Source of the DNA: a virus
Reading direction: 5' to 3' (one strand)
Length of the DNA stretch: 64,000 nt
IMG/VR virus record: IMGVR_UViG_3300028840_006907
Span: 64,001-128,000 of that record
Position 1 is the first letter of the stretch. The number at the start of each line of letters is the position of its first letter. This document shows, piece by piece, positions 20,046-29,102 of the stretch. Both the position numbers and the translations under genes were made by a program. The notes under the pieces are model-generated. The model worked only from the letters and a program-made list of their open reading frames with translations, was not told the DNA's origin and ran no database searches.

Positions 20046-21989
20046 TTATATGTTATTTGAATATTCTCTTTCCCAGTAGAACTTGACATCTTTGCTCCAG
20101 TGGGCATACCCTTCCATGAAACTGATGATGTTAAATCCTTCCATTCGAGAAACAACATCAGCAAATACTTTCCAGTTTTTTTGTATATCCGTTTTATTGA
20201 AACTCATCATTTCGTCAACATGTCGGCGGTTAATTTTTTGAGAACCCATTTGGGCACCGAAAGATTGAGAAAAATCCAGATCCTTAGCTTTAAAAACAAT
20301 TAGTAGAAGAGGTACGAAAAGAGTCTTCATATCTTCTGATCTTAAAGCAGGGAAATGCATAGACATTTCTAAAATAAAATTCAAATAAAGGTCTTCATGT
20401 TTTAAGATATCGATGTCAAAACATCGGGTAAATACCCTATGTTTTTCTGTATTTCTAATAGTCCCGTACCAGGACAGGAATGGTTTGGTAAAGACCTGGT
20501 TAAAATGAGGTAGGTTTAATTTCCTGTATTCGATATGGGCGAAATTCTCATATTCTAATGGTTGTAGTTTAAGAGGTTTAACAACTTTTTTATTTAAGGT
20601 TTCGATAAATTGTTCCTTAAAATATTTCTGTAAACCTCTCTTTTCAGTACCTACATTTTTTTCAAATGTATCGAAAGCTTTAACTACCATCTTTTCCAAC
20701 CATTTTTCGATATTATGATTCTTGAGAACTTCATAGAAGTATTCTTCAGTTTCTGTCAGAAATTCGTGAAATATTAAAGGTTCGGTTTTATCAGTTCCCC
20801 AGAACTTTCTTATATAATTACAGGTATACCATCCTATAAGATATGAGTGTTCTCTGATATTTAAAGTAAACGCACTATCTTTATAGAGTTCTTCTGGGAT
20901 ATCGAATTTATTTTCCTCCCATCCAAAGAGTTTGGCTTTAGCCATATTATAACCGAAAGTCCATAATCCGAAATCAGTTATTCCAAGATATTCTCGGTTC
21001 TCCATGAAATGACTCACCACTAAAGCTGGAGTTAATTTTTTAGCTGGTAGTAGATAGGTCACAAGATCGAGATGGCTGGTAAAGTCCAGGGGTTTCCGGA
21101 AACCTGTTTCTTTGCCTTTTATAATGGGTGAAAGGATATGACGTGGTTTGACATAACAGTTACCATAATTCCTCGTTTTTATCTTTCTAACCATTAATTT
21201 GGAATGATTGCCACAGATAGTACATGATTCATCAAATTTATCAAAGATAAGATGAATACGTAGAGGCATTTCCCAGAGCGGGTAATAAGGATTCATCTCA
21301 TCCAGGGAAACAGTAGCTTTGTTTTTACTATCAACGGTATCACTAAGCCATGGGAGTGTTACACCTTTTGGATTTCCTCCGAATTCAAACATGGTCTTTT
21401 TAATAATAACATTAGACCATATTGTTTCCCATAACGTGGAACCGGTAATAATAGTGGTAAGAGAACCATTGGCACCGGCTGTTATCGAAGTACGGTATCC
21501 TTGGCCTCCCATAATGGCACTGAGTTGATTAAGATAAAGGGCAATTGTAGCACAGGATTGGCAAAAAGTATGTATCTTTGCTTTTTGGAAGAAATCTTTA
21601 CCAGCTTTAATTGTCGCTGTCCCTGGAGTATCAAAGAGGAGATTACCAACATTTACGATTCTTTCAAGGTCCTGTGGCCGTTTATCCTGTAAAAAACGAG
21701 GACCTTTGCCATCTAGTTCAAAGAGTTTTGGTTTAAGTTTTTCTAGGATGGCTTTTTGGTTTGGTGCTTTTTTGAATAGTTTTTTCCATTCTTTCTTACT
21801 TGTAGGAGCAAGATAAGTGTTGAAAAAACCTATGAGAAGCCGTACACCTACAGCATTGAAATCGGGTCTACCGAAATCGAGAGCTATTATAGGGTTATTA
21901 GGTTTTGAAGTTATTTTGTAGGGTGGAATGTTTTCCCTGGTACCGTCTTTTCGGATGACGGGGATCCAAGGGTCCTTAATTACATTCAT
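20046..21989 (-). CDS. cas8e: Cas8e (Cse1) large subunit with about 145-aa C-terminal extension
   Basis: MNVIKDPWIPV and CQSCATIALY match Cse1 DNWIPV and CGGCTAIALF; GGAGGT RBS. Confidence 0.8.
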   Translation of the reverse strand: MNVIKDPWIPVIRKDGTRENIPPYKITSKPNNPIIALDFGRPDFNAVGVRLLIGFFNTYLAPTSKKEWKKLFKKAPNQKAILEKLKPKLFELDGKGPRFLQDKRPQDLERIVNVGNLLFDTPGTATIKAGKDFFQKAKIHTFCQSCATIALYLNQLSAIMGGQGYRTSITAGANGSLTTIITGSTLWETIWSNVIIKKTMFEFGGNPKGVTLPWLSDTVDSKNKATVSLDEMNPYYPLWEMPLRIHLIFDKFDESCTICGNHSKLMVRKIKTRNYGNCYVKPRHILSPIIKGKETGFRKPLDFTSHLDLVTYLLPAKKLTPALVVSHFMENREYLGITDFGLWTFGYNMAKAKLFGWEENKFDIPEELYKDSAFTLNIREHSYLIGWYTCNYIRKFWGTDKTEPLIFHEFLTETEEYFYEVLKNHNIEKWLEKMVVKAFDTFEKNVGTEKRGLQKYFKEQFIETLNKKVVKPLKLQPLEYENFAHIEYRKLNLPHFNQVFTKPFLSWYGTIRNTEKHRVFTRCFDIDILKHEDLYLNFILEMSMHFPALRSEDMKTLFVPLLLIVFKAKDLDFSQSFGAQMGSQKINRRHVDEMMSFNKTDIQKNWKVFADVVSRMEGFNIISFMEGYAHWSKDVKFYWEREYSNNI

Positions 21990-22210
21990 ATGATACCTCC
22001 GCGATTTATGAATGGTTGCGGAAATTTAATTATTTATGTTTTTACTCAACTTATTTATGTTTTTTTGCTTAGCTGAGACTTTGATTTAATTTTTTAATTA
22101 ACCCATTAGTTATAAAGTTAATTATAATCTAAAATAAATATAAATGCAACATTTTTTCAAGTACTTTATATATAACTATAATATTTCGAATTGTTTATAG
22201 CATGAGAAAT

Positions 22211-22236
22211 ATTTCCTCCGTTTACACGGAGGAAAT
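22211..22236. other. perfect 10-bp palindromic hairpin between array 2 and cas8e
   Basis: ATTTCCTCCG TTTACA CGGAGGAAAT. Confidence 0.35.
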
Positions 22237-22264
22237 TTAGGATTATATCAGAGATGGGCTCTGA

Positions 22265-22586
22265 GACAGCCCCGGTAAAGTCCAGGGAAATAAAAATTAG
22301 TGATAATTCGGGAATCAGCAGGAGGAGAGCATCAGCCCTGCGTATGCGGGGAATAGTGTTATCGTCTTACAGGATGTAAAGCAGAGACAGCCCCGCGTAT
22401 GCGGGGAATAGAAATTAATACATCTCATAAAATCTAGCATCAGCCCCGCGTATGCGGGGAATAGTTATTTATCTATACTTCCTACAACTCCCATAACGCA
22501 TCAGCCCCGCGTATGCGGGGAATAGCTCGTTGGTTTTCCCATTCCACAAAAGTTCAACGCATCAGCCCCGCGTATGCGGGGAATAG
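22265..22586 (-). CRISPR. CRISPR array 2: five 28-bp repeats plus a degenerate terminal repeat, four spacers
   Basis: Repeat (minus strand) CTATTCCCCGCATACGCGGGGCTGATGC at 22329, 22384, 22437, 22498, 22559; spacers 27, 25, 33, 33 nt. Confidence 0.85.
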
Positions 22587-22690
22587 ACTATAATATAATT
22601 AGTTGAAAATCAGAGAGTTACAAAGACCCTAATTTTCTACCAAAAAAAGTACTTGCCGTTTATAAATGTCAAAGAGCTTATCTTTAAAGG
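22587..22690 (-). promoter_or_regulatory. CRISPR leader 2
   Basis: 22627-22677 nearly identical to the array-1 leader block. Confidence 0.5.
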
Positions 22691-22857
22691 TATAAATCCT
22701 CTTCATCCTCAGGAGCCAGATCTATATCTGAAAGAGTTCTGCTCCCACCGAAATCTAATTCTAATACTTCATCTTCTCCACCTGTATTAAAAAAATCATC
22801 TTCTTCACTTGGCTCTTTAAGAATCTCATCAGCATCGTATTCTTCGATTGGTAACAT
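22684..22857 (-). CDS. small highly acidic protein (57 aa)
   Basis: Hand-translated MLPIEEYDADEILKEPSEEDD...; GAGGGG RBS; stop abuts leader 2. Confidence 0.45.
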   Translation of the reverse strand: MLPIEEYDADEILKEPSEEDDFFNTGGEDEVLELDFGGSRTLSDIDLAPEDEEDLYL

Positions 22858-22872
22858 AACATTTCCCCTCTT

Positions 22873-23316
22873 TTAATTGTTTCCTTCATTGATATAAAGA
22901 AATCCAGTTCTTTCCAATGTTAAATCTAAATCATTCTCTTTAAGTTTAAAGTTTTTTATTGTGTCTTGCACATCTTTTTTTCCATTCATACATACCCATA
23001 ATGCGTGTTGAAAGAATTCATCATTATCAGGTAACTTTGAGATGTACTTATGTGTAGGTGGAGGACAGTTTTCAGGTTTAATATCCTTTTTTAAAGCCAG
23101 TGCGGTTTTACCGCTATTAAATACATGTAATGGTAATCCTAAGAGATATACCCGACTTTTCATCTCTCTCAATGTCTGTTCTGCCTGGGATAATGTCATT
23201 TCATTGTTTTTCATTAATTCCATGATAGTTTGAGCCACAACCATTGCATTGTTATATTGTGGTTGATCTATAATTTTATTCATCTTTTTTAATACTTCTT
23301 TTATTATATCTGGCAT
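22873..23316 (-). CDS. hypothetical protein
   Basis: 147-aa ORF in a co-directional gene string. Confidence 0.5.
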   Translation of the reverse strand: MPDIIKEVLKKMNKIIDQPQYNNAMVVAQTIMELMKNNEMTLSQAEQTLREMKSRVYLLGLPLHVFNSGKTALALKKDIKPENCPPPTHKYISKLPDNDEFFQHALWVCMNGKKDVQDTIKNFKLKENDLDLTLERTGFLYINEGNN

Positions 23317-23317
23317 G

Positions 23318-23812
23318 TTAAATATTCTCTCCTTGTCCGGCTACAGTAATGCCTATTACTTCTTCTGGTTTTATGGTGAATTTAGTAAGGCTTTTAACAA
23401 CACCACTTGCTTTTGGATAATCTTTTAAGAAGATAAAGTTTATACATGTTTTAAGGGCTGTATAATTAATGGACTTTTCATTTAATAGAAGGACATATTT
23501 TAATCGGGGGTAATATTGACTGATTGTTTTTGTCCTTTCCTCAAAAGAAATAATATGAGAGATGGGAAATTGGTATCTTATCATTTTTATAATTAAGTTA
23601 TTACGTAGGTTAGATCCTGTAAGTAAAAATTCATTTCCTTCTAGAATAGGACGAAATTCATTATAATTATAATCAAGTCTTCCGAATACAGATAAGGTGC
23701 GATTAACTTGTTCATCATCTATGATATGGGTAAAAGAAAATTTTAAATACTTGAATAGTATTTTCTGCTTTTCTTCAAAAGACCCATGAGCCCATTTCCA
23801 GTTCTCAGTCAT
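23318..23812 (-). CDS. hypothetical protein
   Basis: 164-aa ORF, tightly packed. Confidence 0.5.
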   Translation of the reverse strand: MTENWKWAHGSFEEKQKILFKYLKFSFTHIIDDEQVNRTLSVFGRLDYNYNEFRPILEGNEFLLTGSNLRNNLIIKMIRYQFPISHIISFEERTKTISQYYPRLKYVLLLNEKSINYTALKTCINFIFLKDYPKASGVVKSLTKFTIKPEEVIGITVAGQGENI

Positions 23813-23815
23813 TTT

Positions 23816-24100
23816 TCACTCTTCCTCTTCTTCCGTAGCTTCTTCATACAAATTTATCATCCCGTCAACTTGGGTCTTGTGAGATCTTAATCTTTCCAAT
23901 AGGATTCTTTGGAGATCCTTTTTACTATTTATTTCTTCTTCATCATTGGTCCAGTACAGGCTATCACTGAAAAATATATAGATATCATTTCCATTGGTTT
24001 GTAGAGAAATAGTTTCGATAGTACTTAAATTATCAATACCGGTTTCAATCTCTTTATTTAGCTCTTTTATTATTTTCAGTAGTTCGGGAATATCCAACAT
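23816..24100 (-). CDS. hypothetical acidic protein
   Basis: 94-aa ORF. Confidence 0.45.
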   Translation of the reverse strand: MLDIPELLKIIKELNKEIETGIDNLSTIETISLQTNGNDIYIFFSDSLYWTNDEEEINSKKDLQRILLERLRSHKTQVDGMINLYEEATEEEEE

Positions 24101-24111
24101 TTATAATGCTC

Positions 24112-24444
24112 CTATAATTCAGTTACTTTAATTCCAAGATGTTTATAAAACCATTCTGCGACGATATGTCTATGGCAGAATTTTGTTTTATTTTCCCAGC
24201 ACAGGAGAATGGCATTCTCACCAAGTCGTTCATAAATTCTTTTAGGATCTAATTTATCCAGTACGTTTTCATAATAAAGTTTAATGTATTCTTTGGTATT
24301 GAGATCTTTTTTAAATTTATTTATGAGCCATCTTGGTGGAGCTAAAAGAGTAAAGTGTCTTCCTTTGAAACTGGGAGGATTTTTATATGCTATCGATACT
24401 GCATTTGGATTTTTACCTGATTTAGAGAAGTAGGATGTATTCAT
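24112..24444 (-). CDS. hypothetical protein (DUF488-like CHR motif)
   Basis: 110 aa; ILLCWENKTKFCHRH motif, recalled family only. Confidence 0.35.
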   Translation of the reverse strand: MNTSYFSKSGKNPNAVSIAYKNPPSFKGRHFTLLAPPRWLINKFKKDLNTKEYIKLYYENVLDKLDPKRIYERLGENAILLCWENKTKFCHRHIVAEWFYKHLGIKVTEL

Positions 24445-24896
24445 TATGTGTCACCGTCCATGGGTTTTGCTACTTGTACAAATATTTCATTTTCATATTT
24501 TATCCAATCCCATTTATCTTTAATCCATCTTCCTCTCATACTACAGGTATATTCGTTATTGTAATAGCAATTAAAAATAAGGTACAGCTCTTGTGTTTCG
24601 GTCCATCTCTTAAAGAATTCATCTATTCGAACACTGTTATTTAAATCTTTTGCATCAACTATTGAATCTACCTCAGTTCCAATAAGAATGGTCCTTTTTT
24701 CAGGATCAATGTGTACATCTTTGTTCAATCCATCTAAAGCTATTTCTAATTGTTGTGCTGTGTAGAGTCTGGGTAAGCCATCCGCTGTAACACAAAGTAC
24801 AGGGATTTCATCTTCAACAAATTCTCGTTCTGTTTTTTCGTCCATAGTAGAGGTGATCGTGTGTTTACTTGTAGTTGGTGAAACTATAATATTCAA
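24444..24896 (-). CDS. hypothetical protein
   Basis: 150-aa ORF. Confidence 0.5.
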   Translation of the reverse strand: MNIIVSPTTSKHTITSTMDEKTEREFVEDEIPVLCVTADGLPRLYTAQQLEIALDGLNKDVHIDPEKRTILIGTEVDSIVDAKDLNNSVRIDEFFKRWTETQELYLIFNCYYNNEYTCSMRGRWIKDKWDWIKYENEIFVQVAKPMDGDT

Positions 24897-24952
24897 AATT
24901 TATTATCCTTTCTTTATGGTAAAGTATATAAATATATCATTTCATAATATTA

Positions 24953-25150
24953 CTATTTTCTTTTATCGGGAAGATACCAGGAGGTCATAATAGCATACAT
25001 TCCCCCGATGATTAGAAGTACTTCTTTTATACCTATTTGTTCACCGTTAAGGAAAATTGATACTCCGTAACAAAAGAGTAAAAAAAGACCAATGATTAGA
25101 TAAGTTAATCGATTTATTTTAAGCATTTTTTCTGTCTCGCAATTTGACAT
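24953..25150 (-). CDS. small membrane protein
   Basis: 65 aa, two hydrophobic helices. Confidence 0.35.
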   Translation of the reverse strand: MSNCETEKMLKINRLTYLIIGLFLLFCYGVSIFLNGEQIGIKEVLLIIGGMYAIMTSWYLPDKRK

Positions 25151-25203
25151 AACAAAGTGAAAAGAACAGTTGAAACAATCTTTTTAATACTTTCAATCAT
25201 AAT

Positions 25204-25404
25204 TTACCAATCTTCAGAATCGGTTAAATTAATTTCCTCTCCACATAAACATTCGACATGAATCAAAGGACCCATGCCGGTAGGGGTAAATACGAATGAA
25301 AGTCTACCTCCAATGGCTCCAGCATCACTGTCGCATTTTTCACGATGTTTTTTATCCCACTCTTTGAATTTCCTGACTTGTTCTTCATCTAATTCAAATT
25401 TCAT
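25204..25404 (-). CDS. hypothetical small protein
   Basis: 66-aa ORF with Cys/His pairs. Confidence 0.35.
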   Translation of the reverse strand: MKFELDEEQVRKFKEWDKKHREKCDSDAGAIGGRLSFVFTPTGMGPLIHVECLCGEEINLTDSEDW

Positions 25405-25467
25405 AATTTACCCTTTTAATTATGTCCATGGATCAGGGAGATGTTCCCTGATCCATAATTAACATAA

Positions 25468-26352
25468 TTATTTTTTGAGTCCTTTTGCTAATTTTAAATC
25501 TTCAAGCCCAAAAACCCAAGTGGCCTGTTGTCCTGATTCAGAAATTTTATTAACCATCTCTTGTGTCTTGTTTATTTGATAATATGTTGCAAATGGGATG
25601 CCATTTCTTTTACAAGCTTTACCCATTGAATCAATTTTAGCTACTTCAAGTTTCACACTAACCAATTGAGCAGTTTCTTGGACTATTTTTTTATCTTGTT
25701 GAATATTTGATGCAGTTACATTTGTTAAAGTTAATGGCACTGAATTTCGTTGAAATATGGTATCTGCCATTGCATATAATTGGTTATTCAATACTTCTTT
25801 ATTCTTTTTAGTATTAAGTGTTTCAAAATTTTTAAATCCGGCAAAAACTATTCTGGCACTGGGTCTGCAATCCATTCCGGCATAAGTATCATAAACTGAC
25901 ATTAAGCTTATAATCTCTGTATTAGGGGTAGTACCTGGTTTAGATTTCATTTCACCTAATATTTTTGTGAGGTACTCAGTATTATTTCGAGAGAGGTTTA
26001 CTTTGTACCTGACATCTACAGTTAAGGGCGCTTGGTCTCCAAGAGTTATTCGATGGTCTTTGTCAGGGCTCTCTTTTACAAAGGGCTCTTTCTTGGTATA
26101 TACTCCAATTTCTACGAGAATTAGCTTGTTATGAAATTTAGTCTTTCTGTCTACTTTCCCTAGATTAACTAATTGTCCGGAGGTGTAAATTTTTAATTTG
26201 CCTCCACCGTCCATTTCAAATCCAGTGCTTATTTGTTTTACCCCAATATATTTTCGCGGTACTTCGACATATGTATCTCTAGCACAGCCTATCATCATGA
26301 GTAGGAATGAGGTAATTATTATGGTCGATAGAAGTTTTATGTACAGTTTCAT
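25468..26352 (-). CDS. putative lipoprotein
   Basis: Hydrophobic signal-like N-terminus ending in MIGC lipobox-like Cys. Confidence 0.5.
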   Translation of the reverse strand: MKLYIKLLSTIIITSFLLMMIGCARDTYVEVPRKYIGVKQISTGFEMDGGGKLKIYTSGQLVNLGKVDRKTKFHNKLILVEIGVYTKKEPFVKESPDKDHRITLGDQAPLTVDVRYKVNLSRNNTEYLTKILGEMKSKPGTTPNTEIISLMSVYDTYAGMDCRPSARIVFAGFKNFETLNTKKNKEVLNNQLYAMADTIFQRNSVPLTLTNVTASNIQQDKKIVQETAQLVSVKLEVAKIDSMGKACKRNGIPFATYYQINKTQEMVNKISESGQQATWVFGLEDLKLAKGLKK

Positions 26353-26384
26353 TTAAAGTGGTCTCCTTTTTTATAGTTAAATGG

Positions 26385-26693
26385 TTATTTGGTTGTATCT
26401 TGATAAACGGCTTCCCGTTTTTTCCCAACATCAGTTTCAAAAGTACTCTCTGGCATTTCCTGTGGTGGTATTAATCTTTCCTGATATCTTTTAGCGGTTG
26501 TAAATATCTGTAAAGCGATAATAACGATATTTAAAAGAATCCAAGTTTTTCCAAAATGCTTTTGAATTCCTTTGGGTAAAGATTTCTTTTTGAAACTGAT
26601 TATAGCTATCACAACATTTAAAATCAATAGAGTGGTTATTAAACCAGTCCACATTCTAAGATCTGATCTAAAAAGTTGTTCTATGAGATCCAT
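26385..26693 (-). CDS. membrane protein
   Basis: 102 aa, two hydrophobic segments. Confidence 0.4.
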   Translation of the reverse strand: MDLIEQLFRSDLRMWTGLITTLLILNVVIAIISFKKKSLPKGIQKHFGKTWILLNIVIIALQIFTTAKRYQERLIPPQEMPESTFETDVGKKREAVYQDTTK

Positions 26694-26714
26694 TATTTTT
26701 CATCACCTCCTTTT

Positions 26715-27032
26715 TTATTTCAGTGTTATAAACTTCCCATTAGGATTTGGCTTTTTTTCACATTTAGGACAGTACGGCATTTGTTCTTGTTTGACTTGTC
26801 CTGAACCTGACAAAGCAAAAAGTCCGTCATGAACAGGATGGGCTATTAAACCTACCAATATTTCATTACCACATTCAGTACAAATGAAATCATTATTTGT
26901 GCATTTGTAGGCATGTTTTTGGGAGAGCTTCTTATGGTAGACAGTATTGCATATAACGCATTTAGCTATATGTATCTCTTCTTCGATACCCCCTCCACGT
27001 GTAAATTTAAGTTCAACATCGCAACATTTCAT
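26715..27032 (-). CDS. zinc-ribbon protein
   Basis: Multiple CxxC pairs. Confidence 0.4.
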   Translation of the reverse strand: MKCCDVELKFTRGGGIEEEIHIAKCVICNTVYHKKLSQKHAYKCTNNDFICTECGNEILVGLIAHPVHDGLFALSGSGQVKQEQMPYCPKCEKKPNPNGKFITLK

Positions 27033-27322
27033 AATGCCTTCTTTCTTCTTTTTCGTCTATGTTCTAAAAGTATTTTTCCCATTTCATAATTTGTGATTTC
27101 TTTGGCACCCATTTCAATAGCTCTTTTTCTTCGGCTTTCTACCAAATCGAAATGAATAAAACCGGTTCTACTTTTTTGTATCCAGTTTTTTTTCATTCCA
27201 ATCTTTTCTGCAAATTCGAGTAATTCTTTAATACTAATATCAGAAAACATGTGACAGTTTTTCACATATCTTCCACGAAGTTTCCAAAGGTTATCTTTTA
27301 ATTCATCTACATATATTGTCAT
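27029..27322 (-). CDS. hypothetical protein (DUF4031-like?)
   Basis: 97 aa; YVDEL...CHM...HFDL pattern, recalled family only. Confidence 0.3.
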   Translation of the reverse strand: MTIYVDELKDNLWKLRGRYVKNCHMFSDISIKELLEFAEKIGMKKNWIQKSRTGFIHFDLVESRRKRAIEMGAKEITNYEMGKILLEHRRKRRKKAL

Positions 27323-27849
27323 GGTAATGTTAATCCGAATTTGTCAAAAATTCCTATGATTGCTTCAGCATTACCCATAGCATCATCTAGTGGATTATGG
27401 GTATGTTTTGTTTTTCGAAACTTCTTTTTCCAGTTCCTTTGAGCGTTGAATTTTTTTACAAGCCCACTATATAGATCCCCGATTCTCCTGGCACTATGTC
27501 CAAAAGGATTGTTATTACAAAAATGCCATAGATAATAATTTATGAATTGCCAGTCGAAAACGGGGTTATCCGAAATGAATACAATTCCTTGTTCTTTTTC
27601 ATTTATATTTTTTAACCATTGGTGAAATTTTTCTATTACTTTTTTGGGTGGAGGGAATTTTTTAACTTCTTTATATGAGAATCCTGAGACAACTAGAGCT
27701 GATTCGATAAATTTATTTGTTATAGGGCGTAATTGACTATAAAAAGTCCTGTTTAATTCTGGCTCTACAACTACCGCTCCGAAACAGACCATGGAATAAT
27801 CGCCGGGGCATGGACCGTCAGCTTCAATATCTACTGAGATAAGTTTCAT
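27319..27849 (-). CDS. putative 3'-5' exonuclease (DEDD-like)
   Basis: N-terminal VDIEADGP motif. Confidence 0.45.
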   Translation of the reverse strand: MKLISVDIEADGPCPGDYSMVCFGAVVVEPELNRTFYSQLRPITNKFIESALVVSGFSYKEVKKFPPPKKVIEKFHQWLKNINEKEQGIVFISDNPVFDWQFINYYLWHFCNNNPFGHSARRIGDLYSGLVKKFNAQRNWKKKFRKTKHTHNPLDDAMGNAEAIIGIFDKFGLTLP

Positions 27850-28031
27850 TGGTTTAACCTTTCATGTATTGTCTATTTATGTGTTTTTCATTTAGACCTA
27901 ATTTTTCAAGTGCTGAGGTAACCATATAATCCACTATTGTGATGTCAATTTCTTCTTCAAGATTTTCTTTAACAAGATTACCCGTTCTAATAATTTCTTG
28001 CACCATGTTTTCTTTTATAGTTTTTTTCATT

Positions 28032-28346
28032 TTAATTGGGATTTATAAATTTAAAAATTTCTTTTATAGCATCATCACAAGTATTATTTTTTGGAGAAGA
28101 TTTTAATATAGAATCAATTGCTGTAGCATAAAGCGCTCTGAGTTCAAATATAAATCGAATCTTTTCTTCTTTTGAAAGAGCTATATACATATCTCCTACA
28201 TTCTTGTCATGATTCATTATTTTTTCTTGGCAACTCGGACAAACAACTTGATTTAAAGGGCATCCTTTTTTACTATTACATGCTAAACATTTGGTTGGCA
28301 ATTTATCCTCTGTAATAAAACTGTGGCACAATTTACATCTATCCAT
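28032..28346 (-). CDS. Cys-rich zinc-binding protein
   Basis: Repeated CxxC motifs. Confidence 0.4.
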   Translation of the reverse strand: MDRCKLCHSFITEDKLPTKCLACNSKKGCPLNQVVCPSCQEKIMNHDKNVGDMYIALSKEEKIRFIFELRALYATAIDSILKSSPKNNTCDDAIKEIFKFINPN

Positions 28347-28362
28347 TTATTATCCTTAATTT

Positions 28363-28863
28363 TTAAAATTTCATAAAAGGTGGTAAATCTTCATCTGAAC
28401 CTCTTCTGAAAAAATCAGATAACATTTCAGATAACATATCAAGTATTCTTTCTACTCTTTTATTAGTAAATAGTTCCATAAATTTTTCTGAAAATTCCCT
28501 TCTCTGAATTGGATTAAGATCTATTAAAAGGTCTTTAATACTTTCTTTATTGGTATGTACTTTGTTAATACAGTCACTACAGAATATTTCCAGTAACATA
28601 CAGCTTTTTTGGCCATAGCAATCATGGCATCTCTCAATTTTGTTTTCTCCTTTTTTATATGTCTTTTTGCATAAGAGACATGATTCCTTTTTTTCTTTTT
28701 TATTGAAGTCAGTTTTGCAGGAATCTACTTTTTCTAGGCATGCTGTACATAAAGTATTCGGTCCAATACAATCTTTTTTATATTCGCATATTTCACATTT
28801 ACCACATTTTCTTATATCTTCTATAAGAGGTTTTTCACACTTTTTACATAATACTATTTTCAT
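28363..28863 (-). CDS. Cys-rich zinc-binding protein
   Basis: Repeated CxxC motifs. Confidence 0.4.
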   Translation of the reverse strand: MKIVLCKKCEKPLIEDIRKCGKCEICEYKKDCIGPNTLCTACLEKVDSCKTDFNKKEKKESCLLCKKTYKKGENKIERCHDCYGQKSCMLLEIFCSDCINKVHTNKESIKDLLIDLNPIQRREFSEKFMELFTNKRVERILDMLSEMLSDFFRRGSDEDLPPFMKF

Positions 28864-28895
28864 TATTTTCTACTCTTTTTTATATATAATTTTAA

Positions 28896-29093
28896 TTAAA
28901 GGGTTTCGAATTTTTCTTTTTCATCGTATTCATGTATAATTTTTCGCATTTGTTCAATCCGTTTTTTGAAATCGGGCATAGTTCTAATTATTTCAGAAAG
29001 AGGCATCCCCATTTTAATGACATATGTTGCTGTAGCATATCCTAATTGAAAAGCTTCAAATGCAAGATCTACCCGTGATTTATAATGATCCAT
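28896..29093 (-). CDS. hypothetical small protein
   Basis: 65-aa ORF. Confidence 0.3.
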   Translation of the reverse strand: MDHYKSRVDLAFEAFQLGYATATYVIKMGMPLSEIIRTMPDFKKRIEQMRKIIHEYDEKEKFETL

Positions 29094-29102
29094 ATACCTC
29101 CC

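Noticed and set aside
15128-21989. Internal plus-strand ORFs within the cas and helicase genes (16979-17297, 17359-17574, 18172-18369, 19546-19816, 20100-20303, 21319-21692)
   Set aside because: Antisense to ORFs with clear Cas-family motifs; low-complexity translations.
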